Origin: an uncultured Desulfobacter sp.
Lineage (GTDB): Bacteria; Desulfobacterota; Desulfobacteria; Desulfobacterales; Desulfobacteraceae
Length of the DNA: 64,000 nucleotides
Assembly: GCA_963665095.1 (NCBI GenBank)
Contig: OY762069.1
Span: 5,632,001-5,696,000, forward strand
Direction of reading: 5' to 3'
The position numbers were made by a program, and so were the translations under genes. A model generated the notes under the pieces. The model saw only the letters and a list, made by a program, of their open reading frames with translations, was not told the DNA's origin and made no database searches. Each line of letters opens with the position of its first letter. The stretch's first letter is position 1. Below, piece by piece: positions 1 through 9,159 of the stretch.

Positions 1-35
1 ACAGCAATTCTAAGAATTGATATGGGTTTCCAACA

Positions 36-383
36 ATGCTCTTGCTACGGGTCGCAAAAAGCCGCGACAACCATTTCGGCCGATCCCCAAACTCAGTTGA
101 TGAATTAATTTGGGCAATAAATAAGCGCAGAAAGGATGTTTTACAGGCCAAAACTTTTTGGGTTAGAGATGGTGATACGGCTCATTTCAAACTCCAAAAA
201 TGTAGTTGTGATTTAGTAGAGGCAGGTTTGGCAGAACCTAATCCGAATTTCTGCCTTTGTTCAGCAGGCATGTTTGAAAGTGTTTTTTCCTATGTTTGCA
301 AAGGACCTGTAAAAGCAGAGATTGTCAAATCGATTGGTATGGGGGATTCACATTGTGAATTTATTGTTAGTTTTGAAGAGTGA
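36..383 (+). CDS. Cys-rich V4R/DUF6144-like protein, true start uncertain (possibly truncated or frameshifted)
   Basis: CSC...FCLCSAG...AEIVKSIGMGDSHCEFIV pattern typical of V4R-like domains. Confidence 0.55.
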   Translation: MLLLRVAKSRDNHFGRSPNSVDELIWAINKRRKDVLQAKTFWVRDGDTAHFKLQKCSCDLVEAGLAEPNPNFCLCSAGMFESVFSYVCKGPVKAEIVKSIGMGDSHCEFIVSFEE

Positions 384-1005
384 ACACAAAGCAAACCAAA
401 AATGCTAACCATTTTCCGGACAAAAAACAAATCGCAGAAACGCTCCTGACCATCCCACAGAAGAGGGCTCAAAAAAAGGTAATGGGGTTTTTATACCCGG
501 AAGAGATCATGAGGGTCTTCAATTCAGTTGACCTGAAAAAGAAAGAAGGCATGAGAGATTTTACCATTCACCATCTCCTCTATGACTCCGGTGCCCGGGC
601 CAGTGAGATAGCTACTCTGGAATTTGATTATTTTGATCCAGAGAATGAAACCATTGCGGTCCTGGGCAAGGGGAACCGGTACCGGCTTTCTGCCGGAAAT
701 ACCTGACCAAAACATTGTCGCCCAAAAGGCTGAAAGGATTGAGTCCGGTTCACTGCTTCAGGCACTCGTGTCCGGTCAATATGGTCACCTCAGAAGATCC
801 GGTATCGACTATCAAAAATCGTCTTGGCCACCAAAGTGTTGAGTCAACAATGATCTATCTGCAGCTGGACCTGTCAAAAAAACGGGAAATTCAGAATAAG
901 CTCATTGAATATATGCAATCGAAAATCAATCATGACAAGAAAATTGATGAACTGATTGACTGGGAAAATAAGGCTGAAATTCTTGTCTGGTTAGACAATC
1001 TATAA
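380..1005 (+). pseudogene. Tyrosine recombinase remnant (RIT third-recombinase-like), split and internally deleted
   Basis: 380..706 has RD...LLYDSGARASE and VLGKGNR; 715..1005 has HCFRHS, LGHQSVESTMIY and the ILVWLDNL end; N-terminal and central parts missing. Confidence 0.8.
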
Positions 1006-1674
1006 CTTACTGCAGCAGCGTTTGCTATCTTTGGAGGGGTATGTAGCAGAACAAAAAATTATGTTGCCAATAGATTTTTAAATTTTTAAAATCGATTTTA
1101 ACATGTTGAATTTTATAACGATATTGATTTGCACAGCGGGCGATAAAAATCTCCTTTAAATTTAGTGAGTTAGACCCGATCGCAACATAAGTCTATCTAT
1201 GCTCGCCAAGGCCTATTCCAAAGCAGTACTCAATAACAGAAGCATTGAGGCGGTGGGAGCCTTTCAAGCTTCACACCGCAGACTATGTCAAAAACGAAAC
1301 CCCGCCGATAATTGATTCAGAGGTCCGGACTATTACTAATATTGCTCGCCGGTTTGATGATTTTAAAAGTTTGGAAGTACAGGGAAAATTCGGGGTGTCG
1401 CCCGACTATAAAAAGGAGTCTGACTGAAGGGGAGTCCTCACCTCAGCTTTTTTGATTGACCTGCCAGATTTTTGATCCAGATCATCCAGGGCACCAATAA
1501 CAAAGAACAATAGGCCTTGCGAGAGCTAAGGCGGAGATCGGCCTTCCGAAACATGGCTTACAACATGACTCGATATAAAATATTGGTCCGTAATGGAGTC
1601 TGACGGGATAATGGACGGCCAAGGTCGTTCAATCCCTCTGACGAACTTTTTGTGGGAGATGTTCGCAGCCAGAC

Positions 1675-1837
1675 TAGGCATTGCGTGGAAATAAATAGCG
1701 CAATATTGCGCCGAATTTTGCTCCATATACGAGGTGTGCTAAATGTTGAATAGCCGGTCTATTCGGCCTTTAGCACAAAGAAGTAGATGGGGCAAAAGGC
1801 AAGCAAGATGTGCTATTTATTTTTGTGTAATGCCTTA
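1675..1837. repeat. Palindromic MITE/REPIN-like element, copy A
   Basis: Imperfect ~28-bp terminal inverted repeats (taggcattgcgtggaaataaatagcgca / tgtgctatttatttttgtgtaatgcctta), nested inner IRs; homologous to 51570..51730. Confidence 0.75.
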
Positions 1838-1981
1838 GGGCATGGAAATGAATTTTATTCGTGGATTCCATAATTTTTCAAAAATTTAATTCAGCACCGG
1901 ATTATTCGAGGTGCCCTTAAATCATTATCCGCCGCCTGGGTACTTCATACAGCAATCAGAACCAATACAGTGGCTCAGACT

Positions 1982-2010
1982 TTGACAATATTTAAATAAT
2001 TTCCTATTAG
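1982..2010 (+). promoter_or_regulatory. Putative sigma-70 promoter of the activator gene
   Basis: TTGACA-17 bp-TATTAG, ending ~35 bp before ATG 2045. Confidence 0.4.
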
Positions 2011-2044
2011 ATGTATTGCAGTCTAAACATGTTAGGATTCATAT

Positions 2045-3544
2045 ATGCAAAATTTTTTAGACATTTTCACTAATATTCTCAGTTCAGTGCGTGAGCCGCT
2101 CGTGGTTCTTGATGCCGATTTGAAAATTGTCAGAGCAAATCATGCGTTCTACATGGCCTTTTGTACCAAGCAGGAAGAGACAGAGGGCGTTTTAATTTAT
2201 GATCTTGGCAACGGGCAGTGGAATATCCCCGGACTCAGAGAATTGCTTGAGAAGATCCTCCCTGAAAATACCGTGTTCAATGATTTTGAAGTGGAGCATT
2301 CCTTTGATGGCATCGGGCCTAAAATCATGCATCTGAATGCCAGAAGAATCTATAACGATTTTAAAAAATTGGAGTTGATTCTGCTGGCCATTGAGGATGT
2401 GACCGAAAAAGAGCATTACAAGCGCAATCTTGAGGATATTGTAAAAAAAAGGACCCAACAACTTGTTCTTGAAAAAAAGAAAACAGAACAGGAAAAACAA
2501 ATTGCCGAGAGATCCTTAAAAGAAATTGAAGTACTGAAAAAGCAACTTGAAGATGAACGGGCGTATCTTAAAGACGAGATCAAGCTGGAACATAATCACG
2601 AGAGCATTATCGGTCAGAGTGACGGGCTTAAATATGTGCTCTTCAAAGTTGAGCAGATTGCAGACAGCAACACAACAGTTATGGTTCTCGGTGAGACAGG
2701 CACAGGTAAAGAGCTTGTGGCCCGGGCAATTCACAGCAACAGCAGCCGGAAAAACCGGGCACTGGTCAAGGTCAATTGTGCGGCATTGCCCTCAAATCTT
2801 ATAGAGAGCGAGCTTTTCGGTCATGAAAGAGGCGCGTTTACCGGTGCCGACCGCAGCCACAAAGGACGATTTGAGATTGCTGACAAAGCCACCCTGTTTC
2901 TGGACGAAATCGGAGAGATGCCTCTGGAATTGCAATCAAAGCTGCTCAGGGTCATTCAGGACGGTGAATTCGAACGGCTGGGCAGTTCTCGCACCACCAA
3001 GGTGGATGTCCGGATCATTGCCGCGACAAACCGGAATCTTGAGCAGGAAATTGAAAAAGGGCGTTTCAGGGAAGATCTGTGGTACCGGCTCAATGTTTTT
3101 CCCATTACCATGCCGCCGCTGCGGGAAAGAAATGAGGATATCCCCCTTCTGGCTGATTTTTATATAAAAAAAATCTCCCGGAGACTGGGAAAGCAGATCA
3201 AGGTGGTTCCTCAAAACGTGATGAATGCCCTTCTAAATTACCACTGGCCGGGAAACGTTAGGGAACTGGAAAATGTTCTTGAACGGGCAGTGATCAATTC
3301 ATCAAGCGCCAAACTTCATCTGGCGGATGATCTGGAAAAATCCTACAGGCATTTGACCAAAGACTTTAAAACCCTGGAGGCGGTTGAACGCGATTATATC
3401 ATCCGCGTGCTCGAACAGACCCGCTGGAAAGTCAGCGGTAAGAACAGTGCGGCCCAGATCCTGGGTTTAAACCGCAGTACATTGCGTGCCCGCATGCGCA
3501 AACTCTCCATCGTTCCCCCTGAACGCCTTCCCTTTGATTCTTAA
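2045..3544 (+). CDS. Sigma-54 enhancer-binding protein (PAS + coiled coil + AAA+ + Fis HTH)
   Basis: [32 protein letters not shown]-terminal [13 protein letters not shown]-terminal PAS-like region. Confidence 0.95.
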   Translation: MQNFLDIFTNILSSVREPLVVLDADLKIVRANHAFYMAFCTKQEETEGVLIYDLGNGQWNIPGLRELLEKILPENTVFNDFEVEHSFDGIGPKIMHLNARRIYNDFKKLELILLAIEDVTEKEHYKRNLEDIVKKRTQQLVLEKKKTEQEKQIAERSLKEIEVLKKQLEDERAYLKDEIKLEHNHESIIGQSDGLKYVLFKVEQIADSNTTVMVLGETGTGKELVARAIHSNSSRKNRALVKVNCAALPSNLIESELFGHERGAFTGADRSHKGRFEIADKATLFLDEIGEMPLELQSKLLRVIQDGEFERLGSSRTTKVDVRIIAATNRNLEQEIEKGRFREDLWYRLNVFPITMPPLRERNEDIPLLADFYIKKISRRLGKQIKVVPQNVMNALLNYHWPGNVRELENVLERAVINSSSAKLHLADDLEKSYRHLTKDFKTLEAVERDYIIRVLEQTRWKVSGKNSAAQILGLNRSTLRARMRKLSIVPPERLPFDS

Positions 3545-3615
3545 TGGGCGTATTTTTGTTGTGGCCGATCCTTTTGCAGCCATGCACCTGATCCCCAAAA
3601 GGGGGACATTAAAAA

Positions 3616-3647
3616 GGTCCCATATGACCCATTGGACAAATACGACC
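3616..3647. promoter_or_regulatory. Tandem palindromic upstream activator sites (GGTCA-N4-TGACC-like) 1
   Basis: ggtcccatatgacc-catt-ggacaaatacgacc; same architecture at 12808..12839. Confidence 0.7.
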
Positions 3648-3750
3648 GCTTTTGAGACCCTCCGGCGTCCTTACCCCCCCCCCCCCCTTCTTTGGGTGTT
3701 TCCCCTTAAAATTCAGCATCATCAAAGAATAAATTCCCCGACCCGTCCCC

Positions 3751-3765
3751 TGGCACAATGATTGC
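3751..3765 (+). promoter_or_regulatory. Sigma-54 -24/-12 promoter
   Basis: TGGCAC-aatga-TTGC consensus, downstream of an EBP gene and upstream of an operon. Confidence 0.85.
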
Positions 3766-3864
3766 CCTATCAGGTTACAACACTCCCGCCCGCGGAAAAG
3801 CAGAAAAAGCGGGAAAACGGGCAATGGAAAAATAAACCAGAAATTTTAATCTCAAGAGGCATTT

Positions 3865-3963
3865 ATGGGCGACAAAGGAAAACGAGACAAAGGCAAGCGT
3901 GAAGAACAGAAAAAAGCCAAGTTGACACCAAAGGAGAAACGCAGACAAAAAAAACTAAAGTAA
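3865..3963 (+). CDS. 32-aa Lys/Arg-rich small protein (MGDKGKRDKGKREEQKKAKLTPKEKRRQKKLK)
   Basis: AGAGG RBS, ATG 3865, TAA 3961-3963; first ORF after the sigma-54 promoter; below the ORF-track cutoff. Confidence 0.7.
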   Translation: MGDKGKRDKGKREEQKKAKLTPKEKRRQKKLK

Positions 3964-4049
3964 CCTTCTGGCAAGCGTTTTGGCGCTCGGCCCAGGAGGG
4001 TTAACGGTTCCCGGTTAATTTGCCGGCATGAGTTTAAGAGGTGATCCAA

Positions 4050-4379
4050 ATGATGATTGTCACAATGACCTTCAACGTACATCCGGAAAAACATCTGGAA
4101 GTGCTGCAAACCCTTCTCTCCCTGATGGAACCGTTGAGAAAGGAACCCGGCTGCAGAAGCTGCACCGCCTTTTGTGACATTGAGGAGGAGAACCGGTTCA
4201 TACTGCTTGAAGAATGGGAAACCCGTAACGAGATGAACCATCACATCCGATCCCAGCAGTTCGATGTCCTTCTGGGTACAAAAACACTCTTATCAGAACC
4301 GCCCCGGATTCGAATTCATACCGTGTCCCGAACCGGGGGGATGGATGCCGTCCGGGCGCTCCGGCTGAAAAAAGGCTGA
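4050..4379 (+). CDS. ABM-family (putative quinol monooxygenase) protein
   Basis: RKEPGC...FILLEEWET...HHIRSQQF; GAGGTG RBS before ATG 4050. Confidence 0.85.
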   Translation: MMIVTMTFNVHPEKHLEVLQTLLSLMEPLRKEPGCRSCTAFCDIEEENRFILLEEWETRNEMNHHIRSQQFDVLLGTKTLLSEPPRIRIHTVSRTGGMDAVRALRLKKG

Positions 4380-4399
4380 TGGCATAAAGGAATACCCAA

Positions 4400-5878
4400 A
4401 TGAATATACTTCTGATTTATCCTAAATTTCCGGACACCTTCTGGTCGTTTAATCATGCGGTGGGTTTCATCGGTAAAAAAGCCGCGTTCCCCCCTTTGGG
4501 CCTTTTGACAGTGGCTGCGCTGCTGCCTCAAAACTGGTCCAAAAGACTTGTGGATACCAATGTGGAGCGCTTGAGCGACAACGACCTTTCATGGGCAGAC
4601 ATGGTCTTTATGGGCGGCATGACGGTTCAGCGCGAATCCGCCTGCCGGATTATTGACCGGTGCAACGCCTTGGCGGTGACCATAGTCTGCGGGGGGCCTC
4701 TTTTTACGGCTGAACCGGAGCAATTCGGGGCTGCGGATCACCTGGTGCTGGATGAAGCCGAGCTGACACTGCCCCTTTTTTTATCAGACCTGGAAAAGGG
4801 GCAGGCAAAAAAGATCTATCGGGCAAAAGGGTTCAGTGACCTTGGAAAGACACCGGTTCCCCTGTGGCATCTGCTGAAGGTAAAACAATATGCCGCCTTG
4901 AGCATCCAGTTCTCCAGGGGCTGTCCCTTTAACTGCGATTTCTGCAATGTCACCGCATTGTTCGGACACCGGCCCCGGCTGAAATCACCCGAACAGATCA
5001 TTGGGGAACTGGACCGTATCTATGATCTTGGCTGGCGCAGCAGCGTCTTTTTTGTGGATGATAATTTTATCGGCAACACCCGGTTCCTGAAGGACCACCT
5101 GCTTCCGGCCCTGATCCAATGGCGCCGGGATAAAAAAGGATGCGTCTTTTTTACAGAATCCTCCATCAACCTTGCCGATGATCCGGAACTGCTCTCTTTG
5201 ATGGTTAAAGCCGGATTTGACTCCGTGTTCATCGGTATCGAGTCTCCGGATGAAACCGCCTTGAGCGAATGCCATAAAGTCCAGAATAAAAACAGGGATC
5301 TGCTTGAAAGTGTGGCCATCATCCACAAAAGCGGCCTGCAGGTGATGGGCGGGTTTATCGTGGGATTTGACAGTGACCCGCCATCCATTTTTCAACGCCA
5401 GATCGATTTTATCCAGCACAGCGGGATCGTCATGGCCATGGTGGGGATGCTTCAGGCACCCCCGGGAACCCGCCTGTTTGACAGGCTTCAGCGCTGCAAA
5501 AGGGTGGTCAGGCCCTTTACCGGCGATAATGTGGACGGCACCACCAATATCCTGCCCCGGATGGGGATAGAGGCGCTGTCAAAGGGGTACCAACGGATCA
5601 TGAAACAGATCTATTCCCCGGCAAACTATTACCGGCGGGTCAGGACCCAGTTGCGGGCCCTCACGCCCCCCGAGGTGTCCGCCCCCCTGGACTTCCAGCG
5701 GTTTCTCTCCTTTTTCAGAGCCGGTATCAGGCTGGGTATCCTGGGAAAAGAGCGGTTCTGCTATTGGCAGCTGATCCTGTGGACCCTTGTTCGAAAACCC
5801 CGGCTGATCTCTTTGGCCGTAACCTTATCCATATACGGGTATCATTACCGGAAAATCTGTGAACGTTATATCTATTAA
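4400..5878 (+). CDS. B12-binding radical SAM protein (DUF4070-type C-terminus)
   Basis: PPLGLLTVAA B12-binding start, SRGCPFNCDFC (CxxxCxxC), FFVDDNF, FIGIES. Confidence 0.9.
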   Translation: MNILLIYPKFPDTFWSFNHAVGFIGKKAAFPPLGLLTVAALLPQNWSKRLVDTNVERLSDNDLSWADMVFMGGMTVQRESACRIIDRCNALAVTIVCGGPLFTAEPEQFGAADHLVLDEAELTLPLFLSDLEKGQAKKIYRAKGFSDLGKTPVPLWHLLKVKQYAALSIQFSRGCPFNCDFCNVTALFGHRPRLKSPEQIIGELDRIYDLGWRSSVFFVDDNFIGNTRFLKDHLLPALIQWRRDKKGCVFFTESSINLADDPELLSLMVKAGFDSVFIGIESPDETALSECHKVQNKNRDLLESVAIIHKSGLQVMGGFIVGFDSDPPSIFQRQIDFIQHSGIVMAMVGMLQAPPGTRLFDRLQRCKRVVRPFTGDNVDGTTNILPRMGIEALSKGYQRIMKQIYSPANYYRRVRTQLRALTPPEVSAPLDFQRFLSFFRAGIRLGILGKERFCYWQLILWTLVRKPRLISLAVTLSIYGYHYRKICERYIY

Positions 5879-5924
5879 CATGCATACCCTCTTATGGGAT
5901 GCTGTCTCGTAAAGGAGCTGACCT

Positions 5925-7037
5925 GTGGCCGACACCTCAACACATCAATTTAAAGATTATCTAAACCGGTTCAAGAAACGATTATCCGGCTCTTCGTCGG
6001 ATATGAGACTGAATATAAGGCTGGGTAGAGGATTTCAAACCCTGCTGATACTGGCCGCGATTTTATACTTTAGTTATGCCTATTTATTCGTTTATGTGGA
6101 ACCAAATGAATACGGCATCAAGGTGATCCGGGTGGGGATGACCCGCGGCGTTCAAAAAGAGGTGTACCATGCCGGGCTCACCTTTGTTCTGCCCTTTGGT
6201 CTGCAGAAGATGTACCGCCTTCCCAAGGGCATCCAGGTTCTGGAGCTGACCAATTTTCCGGAAACAGCGGCCAACGGTGCCAGAAAAGACCGGGCCGCCC
6301 ATATCCAGACCTCGGATGGTTTTTTTGTGGATGTGGATGTCTCCATGCTCTACCACATCAAGGACCCTTACCTGGTATTTACCACCATCGGTCCGGGCAA
6401 GCTGTACGAAGACAACGGCATTATCCCCAAGGCCGAGCCGGCCCTGAAAGAGACCCTGGGCAAACTGACCACCGAAGAGTTTTACAACAGCCCCATGCGG
6501 GTCAAAAAGGCGGAGGAGGCCAAAGCCAATCTCAACCGGGAACTCAACGCCAAGGGCATTGAGGTGGATCAGGTGCTGGTCCGGTATTTTCGATACAGTC
6601 CTGAAATCCAGAAAAACATTGAAGCCAAAAAACTTCAGGATCAGATGGTCTTTACCAACCAGGCCGCGGCCCGGGCAGCCAGGGAAGAGGCCCAGTTGAA
6701 GAAGATTGTCCAGGAGGGCATGGTCATCGCTGCGGTTGAGATGGAAAAAGGAAAAGCCTATGTAACCCGTAAAATCGCAGAAAAAGACCTCTATGCCCGT
6801 AAAATAAAAGCCCAGGCCGATCTTCTGGTGAAACTGTCTGAGGCCGAGCGGGTGCGCCTGAAAAATGAGGCATTACAGGGCGTCGGGTCCGACCGTATGG
6901 TAGGACTGAAGATGGCCCGGGCCTATGAGGGCCTTGACCTGATTATCCTGCCCAGCGACGGTGCCCATGGGGTCAACCCGCTGGATCTGAACAACACTTT
7001 GAGCCTGTTTGATGTCCGCCAGGGAGGTACCAAATGA
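5925..7037 (+). CDS. SPFH/band-7 domain protein with N-terminal TM helix
   Basis: TM segment, YVEPNEYGI, IQTSDGFFVDVDVS, Ala/Glu-rich coiled-coil C-terminus. Confidence 0.85.
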   Translation: MADTSTHQFKDYLNRFKKRLSGSSSDMRLNIRLGRGFQTLLILAAILYFSYAYLFVYVEPNEYGIKVIRVGMTRGVQKEVYHAGLTFVLPFGLQKMYRLPKGIQVLELTNFPETAANGARKDRAAHIQTSDGFFVDVDVSMLYHIKDPYLVFTTIGPGKLYEDNGIIPKAEPALKETLGKLTTEEFYNSPMRVKKAEEAKANLNRELNAKGIEVDQVLVRYFRYSPEIQKNIEAKKLQDQMVFTNQAAARAAREEAQLKKIVQEGMVIAAVEMEKGKAYVTRKIAEKDLYARKIKAQADLLVKLSEAERVRLKNEALQGVGSDRMVGLKMARAYEGLDLIILPSDGAHGVNPLDLNNTLSLFDVRQGGTK

Positions 7038-8071
7038 AACGGTTTATCCTAGTTGTAATCCTGATGACAGCAGTGGTTTGGTCCACAGGTTGTATGCCCC
7101 ATACCACAGGGGAAACCCAAGTCGGTGTCCGCACCCGGAAAATCAGCCTCTTTGGTCCCAAAGGGGTGGAAGACCATGTCTATGCCCAGGGCTCAACCTA
7201 TTTTTTCATGCCCTTTATCAATGACTGGCATGTCTTTGATACCAAACTGCAGAATCTGGAAATGACCTTTTCAAAAGCCCGGGGAGACCGCAGATCCCAG
7301 GATGACCTGCTGTTTAAAACCACTGACGGCAATGACATCAGCCTGGATGTGATCATTGCCTACAGGATTGACGCCTCAAAAGCCCCTTACATTCTCCAGT
7401 ATGTGGCCCCGAACGATGCCATCCTGAGGGAAACCATCGTCAGGACCGTGGCCAGAAGCAAGCCCAGGGATATCTTCGGAGAGTTGAAAACCGAAGCTTT
7501 TTATGTGGCCGAAGCAAGAGAGACCCAGTCTGCAAAGGCCAAGGCCGCCTTGGATAAGATCCTTGGCCCCATGGGCATTGTCATTGAAAAGGTGCTGACC
7601 AACGACTACCGGTTCAATGCGGAGTACACCAAGGCCATTGAAGATAAAAAAGTGGCAGACCAGCAGGTGGAAAAGAATAAATCTGCCCAGCACGCCGCCC
7701 TTGAAGAGTACAAACGAAAACTTGAAGAGGCCCGGGGGGAAGTCAACAAGATGGTGGCCAATGCCGACGGCCAGTATCAAAAGGATAAAATCGAGGCCGA
7801 TGTCTACCTGGAACAGCAGCAGCTTCTGGCCAGGGCCATCGAGGCAGAAGGCATTGCCGAAGCCAAGGGCATCCGGGAGATGAACAATGCACTGGCCGGT
7901 TCGGGCGGTGAGACCATCGTGAAACTGGAAATTGCACAGGCCCTTGAAGGCAAGCGCATTATTCTGCTTCCGGTGTCCGAGGGGGGAATGAACCTTAAAA
8001 CAACGGATATCAACCGGCTCATCGAGACCCTGGGGGTGAAATCGCTTTCCCCGCGCCAGAGCCCGGATTAA
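7034..8071 (+). CDS. SPFH/band-7 domain protein, possible lipoprotein
   Basis: FKTTDGNDISLDV, KAIEDKKVADQ; signal ending WSTGC; ATGA overlap with upstream SPFH gene. Confidence 0.85.
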   Translation: MKRFILVVILMTAVVWSTGCMPHTTGETQVGVRTRKISLFGPKGVEDHVYAQGSTYFFMPFINDWHVFDTKLQNLEMTFSKARGDRRSQDDLLFKTTDGNDISLDVIIAYRIDASKAPYILQYVAPNDAILRETIVRTVARSKPRDIFGELKTEAFYVAEARETQSAKAKAALDKILGPMGIVIEKVLTNDYRFNAEYTKAIEDKKVADQQVEKNKSAQHAALEEYKRKLEEARGEVNKMVANADGQYQKDKIEADVYLEQQQLLARAIEAEGIAEAKGIREMNNALAGSGGETIVKLEIAQALEGKRIILLPVSEGGMNLKTTDINRLIETLGVKSLSPRQSPD

Positions 8072-8116
8072 TCTCAAGGCCTGAGAACACCCCAAGCCCA
8101 AGGAAGGGACAAGCGC

Positions 8117-9145
8117 ATGAAAGATGACATTACCTGGAAGATTATTCGTCTGTGTATGACCATTAATCAAAGGGCCATACAGATATATACCAAGCTTTCC
8201 AGGGCTGAAGAGATCAGGGAGCTGAAAGACTTCTGGATCCTTATGGCGGATGAAGAAAAAAGCCATGCCGTTTTCTGGAACAAGGTCGAGCAGGAGGCTG
8301 AAGATTTCATCTTTCCTTCTGTTTTTGATACGCCGCCGGATACCCAGAAAGCGTTATCCGACATCCTGGAAAAAATTGAGGTTCTCTCAGACCGCTGGGA
8401 AGAGAACAAATCAATGGAAAACGCACTGATTCTGGCCTATCGGCTGGAATACCACATGCTGGATCCGACCTTTGAACTGCTGTTTAACGCCTTAAAACCC
8501 TTTACTGCAGATATGGACCCATCAGGTACATATGACCGCCATATGCGCCGATTCATTGATATGTTCATTCAATACGGCCACATAACACCCGAGCTCGAAC
8601 TCTTGGGAGAAACCCTGCAAAGCCTTTGGCAGAGAAATAAGGTTCTGGTTGATATGGCCATGACCGACGGGTTGACCGGTCTGTTTAACCGGCGGGGGTT
8701 TCTGATTGTTGCCCAGGAATTGTTTTCCCTGTCCCAGCGAAGAAAGGAGAATATTGCGATCTTCATGATTGATATTGATCACTTTAAAAAAATTAACGAC
8801 CGGTATGGGCATCCAAAAGGGGACGCCGTGCTGAAGGGCGTGGCAAAATCCCTGAAGCGGGTTGTCCGGGAATCAGATGTGCTGTGCCGGTACGGCGGGG
8901 AGGAATTTGTCATCCTGTTTCCCGACATCCGGCCCTCTGCTGTGCCGCAGATGGCTGAAAAAATCAGGAAAGGAGTGGAAAAATCAAGACCGGAAAGTAT
9001 TTTTGTAACCGTCAGTATCGGGGTGAAGCAGGGTCTGGTTAAAAAGACTTCCGATAGGGCGTTTTTTTCCTGGATCTCAAAGGCCGATAACTGCTTGTAC
9101 AAGGCCAAATCCAGCGGCAGAAACTGCGTTGTGCATGATTACTGA
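8117..9145 (+). CDS. Diguanylate cyclase with N-terminal ferritin/rubrerythrin-like domain
   Basis: DGLTGLFNRR, DIDHFKKIND, RESD I-site, YGGEEF; N-terminal MADEEKSH (ExxH). Confidence 0.9.
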   Translation: MKDDITWKIIRLCMTINQRAIQIYTKLSRAEEIRELKDFWILMADEEKSHAVFWNKVEQEAEDFIFPSVFDTPPDTQKALSDILEKIEVLSDRWEENKSMENALILAYRLEYHMLDPTFELLFNALKPFTADMDPSGTYDRHMRRFIDMFIQYGHITPELELLGETLQSLWQRNKVLVDMAMTDGLTGLFNRRGFLIVAQELFSLSQRRKENIAIFMIDIDHFKKINDRYGHPKGDAVLKGVAKSLKRVVRESDVLCRYGGEEFVILFPDIRPSAVPQMAEKIRKGVEKSRPESIFVTVSIGVKQGLVKKTSDRAFFSWISKADNCLYKAKSSGRNCVVHDY

Positions 9146-9159
9146 AAAGGATTCTGTCC

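Noticed and set aside
1245..1427. 60-aa TTG-start ORF
   Set aside because: No RBS or recognisable motif; probably debris in a decayed mobile region.
4400..5878. Hopanoid methylase (HpnP) assignment
   Set aside because: Family resemblance only; no hopanoid genes in the window.
7376..8266. 296-aa antisense ORF and similar long shadow ORFs (e.g. 9748..10533, 18519..19181)
   Set aside because: They overlap well-supported genes on the opposite strand and have no recognisable motifs.
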